A stretch of 63,993 nt of DNA, the filler included. It is 9 parts of 9 records of this genome, joined end to end, with 100 filler letters (N's around TTAATTAATTAA, not from the genome) between each part and the next. Parts side by side here need not be neighbours in the genome. Positions count along the whole stretch, not along the records: positions 58,993 to 63,993 come from SRR31156797_20665; 8 more parts are not named here. One strand, written 5' to 3'. How positions within the stretch are numbered: position 1 is the first letter of the stretch; every line of letters starts with the position of its first letter. The notes below the pieces were generated by a model. That model was given only the letters and a program-made list of their open reading frames with translations, was not told the DNA's origin and searched no databases. The translations under genes were made by a program, and so were the position numbers. Shown one piece after another: positions 59,890 to 63,993 of this stretch.

Positions 59890-59918
59890 ATTATAGTTGG
59901 ATATCAAACTATAGTCAA
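59890..59918 (-). promoter_or_regulatory. Sigma-70 promoter with overlapping MarR operator
   Basis: TTGACT-17 nt-TATAAT; palindrome TATAGTTGGATATCAAACTATA (59892-59913) fills the spacer. Confidence 0.85.
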
Positions 59919-60116
59919 GAGAAATTTTATATTCTTTTATAAATCAAGTACTATTAGAAATGCTTAACTACCTCCTTATTGTGAGTAGGTTCACTATACA
60001 GAGTCTTCAAATTTTCTCATACTCGATGGCTTAGCCCCTCACACTATATATCATACTATTTCAATATACAGATACCTTATAAATTGTAATAGTTACACAC
60101 AAAGCTACTGAAGAAA

Positions 60117-62153
60117 TTAGAAATCCACGTTTAGTGCATTTAAAAATTCTATAACAGGAATATAAATTTTATTCGCTTTTTCATAAGGAGTAATGGAGAA
60201 TTTGGGTGCTGAATCTAGATATTTGGCATCATTGTTTTTCCCTTTTTTTAAAACATCTGCATCTTCCTTGTAACGTTCCATATTTCGTCTATAAGTCCTA
60301 TTATTAAGATTAAAATTTATAGAGTTCCCCTTATAAACAGCTGTGTAATAATTAACAGTATCTTTTGCTGATTTGTTATAAGAAGAGATACTATAAGTTT
60401 TGAAATCACTCGCTAAGTAATTTTTTAATTCGCTTAAAGAAATTACAGAGTGATTATCTAAATTTTTTATATCCAAGTTTTTTATATCAAAATATTTTAT
60501 TATTTGTTTGCTTTTTTCATATTTTTCATCAAAAGTACTCTCAAAGAAATCAAACATAATAGGCAGAATAGATCCATAGGCATAAGAGTGACTCCCCTGT
60601 TCAACTGTAACATATAGAGCATTGTGTAGTTTTGGCATAATAGCTTTTACAATTGCTCCTTGTTTCTGTTTATTACCAATTTGTGTTTTAAATGAAGTGG
60701 TAGAATCAGCTGTACCCTGAGCTATAAAAGTTGGAATTGAACTTATATTTTTTAAATTATATTTAGTATCATCTATATTTATATATGTTTTTTTATCTCT
60801 GCTTCTATTTGTTATTTTCATAGCTGTTGGAGCTATGGCCTTAAACATTTCAGGCTTTCTCATAGCTATCTCTAGTGTGCCTTTCCCTCCCATAGAGTTT
60901 CCGGTTATGAAAATTTTATCTTCTAAAATTTTATACTTGTTAATAACTAAGTCAGCACTTTTATTAAATGAATAGAATGCCTGCCCTTCTCTCCACATTG
61001 GGTTTTGTGTCCAACCGTTAGGTGATACTAATATATAGTTATACTCTTCAAGATAGCTGTCAATAGGCATATCTCGCAGTAGTAATCTATATGTAGGAGT
61101 GTTTTCATTTCCAGTACCTCCATGAAGCATGAATAGAAGTTTTGTCTTCTTTTTATCATAATTCACAGGAACATAAATAGTATAAGGAACTATTCTATCA
61201 GCTTTTAGCTTAATTTTTATCCCATCTTTATCAACGAAATTTTCACCAGAGGGAATATAAAATGCCTTCCATAACCAACCTATTTTTCTCTTTCCACTAA
61301 TTACTTCATTCATATAATCTGCCCATTTATAATTATTATTAAAGTCATTTTTTTGTCCGCTATGCCAGAGATTAGCTGCATTTGGGATAATAGTTTTTGA
61401 TAAATTTATATCCAAATCATCTCTATTAACTTGAGCTGTTACGTCAGCTAGATCTTTAGTTTGAATATGCATATATCCTGCTGATTTGAATACCTCTTTT
61501 CCCATAAGTTTCATAATTTCATTTGCTGCAATATATAACTTTTTATTTTTAAGTTCTAAAACATCCTGCTTATAATTCATATGTTTTTTATTATATTTTT
61601 TTTCAATTTGATCAGTAAATTTAGGTTTTTTATTCCTACCTCCGATAGCAGCTTTATAGATAGTATGATTAATTATTACATGTTTTTTATTAGTTAAATC
61701 AATATTCAAATTCCATACTTTTTTAGTGTATTTTATAGTCGTAGAACGTCTCTTAAAACCTGAAATCAAAAACTTATCATAGAAAGTATGCTGAATTTTT
61801 ATTTTATTATCTTTTATTTCAAAATCAAAATAGGGAGCATAAAGTTTCCTTAATTCCTCTATATCTATCATTAATTGCATATTATCGTTGAAATAATAGA
61901 AATTATCCAGTTGGTACATTACTAAAGGATCATAGATTTCTGTTTTCACAGTAGGATCAAATGGTGAAAAAAAATCAAAAAAAACTGTATCATTAGTTTC
62001 GCTATTTAGTTTAAAAAAAAGCGTTGATCGATCTGTTGAAAAATCGATATATTCATGATTCCATGAATCATCTGCATTACTTATTACAAAACTTATAAAA
62101 AATAAAATTAAAAAAATGAGTTTAACTTGATTATTATAAAATATATTTAACAT
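60117..62153 (-). CDS. Secreted alpha/beta-hydrolase (esterase) with large flanking domains
   Basis: Signal peptide; LHGGTG, nucleophile GNSMGG, QGTAD, GSH. Confidence 0.75.
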   Translation of the reverse strand: MLNIFYNNQVKLIFLILFFISFVISNADDSWNHEYIDFSTDRSTLFFKLNSETNDTVFFDFFSPFDPTVKTEIYDPLVMYQLDNFYYFNDNMQLMIDIEELRKLYAPYFDFEIKDNKIKIQHTFYDKFLISGFKRRSTTIKYTKKVWNLNIDLTNKKHVIINHTIYKAAIGGRNKKPKFTDQIEKKYNKKHMNYKQDVLELKNKKLYIAANEIMKLMGKEVFKSAGYMHIQTKDLADVTAQVNRDDLDINLSKTIIPNAANLWHSGQKNDFNNNYKWADYMNEVISGKRKIGWLWKAFYIPSGENFVDKDGIKIKLKADRIVPYTIYVPVNYDKKKTKLLFMLHGGTGNENTPTYRLLLRDMPIDSYLEEYNYILVSPNGWTQNPMWREGQAFYSFNKSADLVINKYKILEDKIFITGNSMGGKGTLEIAMRKPEMFKAIAPTAMKITNRSRDKKTYINIDDTKYNLKNISSIPTFIAQGTADSTTSFKTQIGNKQKQGAIVKAIMPKLHNALYVTVEQGSHSYAYGSILPIMFDFFESTFDEKYEKSKQIIKYFDIKNLDIKNLDNHSVISLSELKNYLASDFKTYSISSYNKSAKDTVNYYTAVYKGNSINFNLNNRTYRRNMERYKEDADVLKKGKNNDAKYLDSAPKFSITPYEKANKIYIPVIEFLNALNVDF

Positions 62154-62219
62154 TTCCCCTCCAAATAAATAAGAAAGCTCTTTTAAACAAAAGTTTAGAA
62201 GAGCTAATCTATATAAGTT

Positions 62220-63113
62220 TTACATAAAATTTTTGATTTCATCCATGATTTCGCTAATACTATTAACTCCTCCACCGATTAGATACCAATTATCAAAATT
62301 AACGTAAATAATACTATTATTTTTATATGCATCTGTATTTTTGACAATATTATTATTCAGAGTTTCTTTTGCATTTGTATTTGATTTTGCAATATGTGAT
62401 CTGTCCAATACAAATATGTAATCAGGATTTTTATCTAATAGGTATTCAAAAGTAATCTTGTTTCCATGCTTAGAAACCGGAATATTTTTATCAGCTGGTT
62501 CAAATCCAAACTCTGAGTATAAATAATCAAATCTTGAGCCTTCTCCATATACACTTAGGCTAGTTCCATTTATAAGCAGGAATAAAGCTGTTTTTCCTGA
62601 ACTTTTGGCTTTTAGCATGTTCTGTTTATTTTCAACTTGAGCTAATTTTTCTTTTACTATTTTCTCTTTTTCAAATACATCACCAAGAGTTTCAACTCTG
62701 TTTTTTAAATCTTTAAAATAACTATATCCATTAGCTGGGAAGTAAAGAGTTGGAGCGATTTTTTTAAGCTGATTATAAACAGGTGCCTGTCTTCCACCAA
62801 TTAAGATAAGGTCTGGTTTTAATTTTATAATTGTTTCGTAATTTGGTTCAAATAATGATCCGATATTTGCATATTTTTCATCTTCATATTTAGATAAAGC
62901 AGCAGGAAGGTTTCCTTTTACAACACCGACAACGTTAATTCCCATCTCATTAGCAATATCAAGTAACCCGTAATCAAATACAACAACTCTTTGCGGGGTG
63001 TTTTTAATTTTAGCTGTACCTAGATCATGTTTGATAGTTTTGGCAGCAAACAAAAAGCTTGTACATGTGATAAATAACGTGAATAGTAAACCTAAAAATA
63101 ACTTGTTTTTCAT
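62220..63113 (-). CDS. Siderophore ABC substrate-binding protein (YclQ/CeuE-like)
   Basis: PQRVVVFDYG, GSLFEPNYE, GGRQ, GSRF, HGNKITFE, NPDYIFVLDR. Confidence 0.9.
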   Translation of the reverse strand: MKNKLFLGLLFTLFITCTSFLFAAKTIKHDLGTAKIKNTPQRVVVFDYGLLDIANEMGINVVGVVKGNLPAALSKYEDEKYANIGSLFEPNYETIIKLKPDLILIGGRQAPVYNQLKKIAPTLYFPANGYSYFKDLKNRVETLGDVFEKEKIVKEKLAQVENKQNMLKAKSSGKTALFLLINGTSLSVYGEGSRFDYLYSEFGFEPADKNIPVSKHGNKITFEYLLDKNPDYIFVLDRSHIAKSNTNAKETLNNNIVKNTDAYKNNSIIYVNFDNWYLIGGGVNSISEIMDEIKNFM

Positions 63114-63136
63114 ATTAATTTCTCCTTTTATTGTTT

Positions 63137-63892
63137 TTAATAATACATACATATTTTTTTATTCTTAAAATATTCGATATGAAACTCAATATCATAAATT
63201 TTATTCAAAACTTCATTATTAATAATTTTATCAATATCTCCATAATCAATAACTTCACCTTTTTTCATTGCAACAATGTGATCAGCAAATGTACTTGCTA
63301 TATTGATATCATGTACGACTAATATAATTGTTTTATTATCCTCTTTAACCAGTTTCTTCAATAGATGCATCACTTCTAGGATATGTTTGATATCTAGGTT
63401 GTTCAATGGTTCATCTAACAGTATATACTTTGTGTCCTGAGCAAGGGTCATCGCGATATACGCTCTCTGTCTCTGTCCACCAGAAAGTTCATCTAAATAC
63501 TTATCTTTGATTGGCATAAGTTCTGTATAATTCAATGCATTTTCGATTATTCTATGATCTTCAGATGTTAATCTGTCTTCTGAATATGGATATCTGCCGA
63601 ATGCGACTAAATCTCCAACTGTTAATCTCATGTTTAGATTATTCATCTGTTTCATGATACTTAAAGTTTGAGATAACTCTTTTTTATTCCACTTGAGGAT
63701 ATTTTGATCATTTAGATAAACCTCTCCGTGATCAGGCTTTAATAACCTAGATATTGCATTAAGAATTGTACTTTTTCCTGCCCCGTTTGGTCCAATTATA
63801 CATGTAAGTTTTCCCTCAGGAATAGTTAAATTTATATCGTTTAATACAACTTGATTTCCATATTTTTTAGCTATATTTTTTATTTTAAACAT
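63137..63892 (-). CDS. Iron-siderophore ABC ATPase (YclP/CeuD-like)
   Basis: GPNGAGKST, FGRYPYS, LSGGQRQRAYIAM, LLDEPLNNLD. Confidence 0.93.
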   Translation of the reverse strand: MFKIKNIAKKYGNQVVLNDINLTIPEGKLTCIIGPNGAGKSTILNAISRLLKPDHGEVYLNDQNILKWNKKELSQTLSIMKQMNNLNMRLTVGDLVAFGRYPYSEDRLTSEDHRIIENALNYTELMPIKDKYLDELSGGQRQRAYIAMTLAQDTKYILLDEPLNNLDIKHILEVMHLLKKLVKEDNKTIILVVHDINIASTFADHIVAMKKGEVIDYGDIDKIINNEVLNKIYDIEFHIEYFKNKKICMYY

Positions 63893-63992
63893 TCTTACTC
63901 TCCCTTTTCAAAATAACTATAAAGTATAATCCACTGAACGCTCCTATTAATACTCCTATTGGAACTGCCATATCAAATACTCTCTCTAATAA
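63885..63992 (-). CDS. FecCD-type permease C-terminus (runs off window)
   Basis: Manual translation LLERVFDMAVPIGVLIGAFSGLYFIVILKRESKNV*, overlapping the ATPase start. Confidence 0.65.
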   Translation of the reverse strand, partial: LLERVFDMAVPIGVLIGAFSGLYFIVILKRESKNV

Positions 63993-63993
63993 A

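Noticed and set aside
51474-59913. REP copies or MarR palindromes as CRISPR repeats
   Set aside because: No regular repeat-spacer periodicity, too few copies and no cas genes.

Overview
The window is not one locus. It consists of nine unrelated contigs joined by eight 100-nt spacers (44 N + TTAATTAATTAA + 44 N), most likely from an anoxic metagenome. Taxonomic labels are my inference from gene content and composition. (1) 1-5056, Spirochaete-like: GH13 alpha-glucosidase divergent from a partner-switching module (SpoIIE, STAS, anti-sigma kinase, CBS-SpoIIE). (2) 5157-13024, Desulfobacteraceae-like: Fur-FeoA-FeoA fusion, feoB, SH3 and TPR proteins, a sensor kinase with an NtrC-type sigma-54 activator, and pilM. 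Downstream of the activator is an unannotated ~85-nt sigma-54-driven sRNA candidate with an anti-RBS seed, which is the top finding. (3) 13125-19093: Dpp/Opp ABC transporter and a CocE/NonD hydrolase. (4) 19194-29482: Orange-protein (orp)-like cluster with an OrpR-like activator, three sigma-54 promoters, Mrp, a hybrid kinase and an HdrA/HdrL-like gene. (5) 29583-35101: PrkA-YeaH-SpoVR followed by a second PrkA, with a MITE-like insert. (6) 35202-45058: hybrid kinase, Rap1a-like, glycine-zipper and SYLF proteins, and a MoxR-DUF58-membrane protein trio. (7) 45159-51372: ROK regulator, CynX, FadR, an NCS2-like permease and a pyrrolysine-free MtmB homologue. (8) 51473-58892, Bacteroidota-like: surface-polysaccharide locus whose AT-rich wzx/wzy/GT cassette lies between identical REP-like repeats. 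(9) 58993-63993, AT-rich: apparently leaderless, autoregulated MarR with three operators, a secreted esterase and a siderophore ABC transporter. I saw no rRNA, tRNA or CRISPR array.
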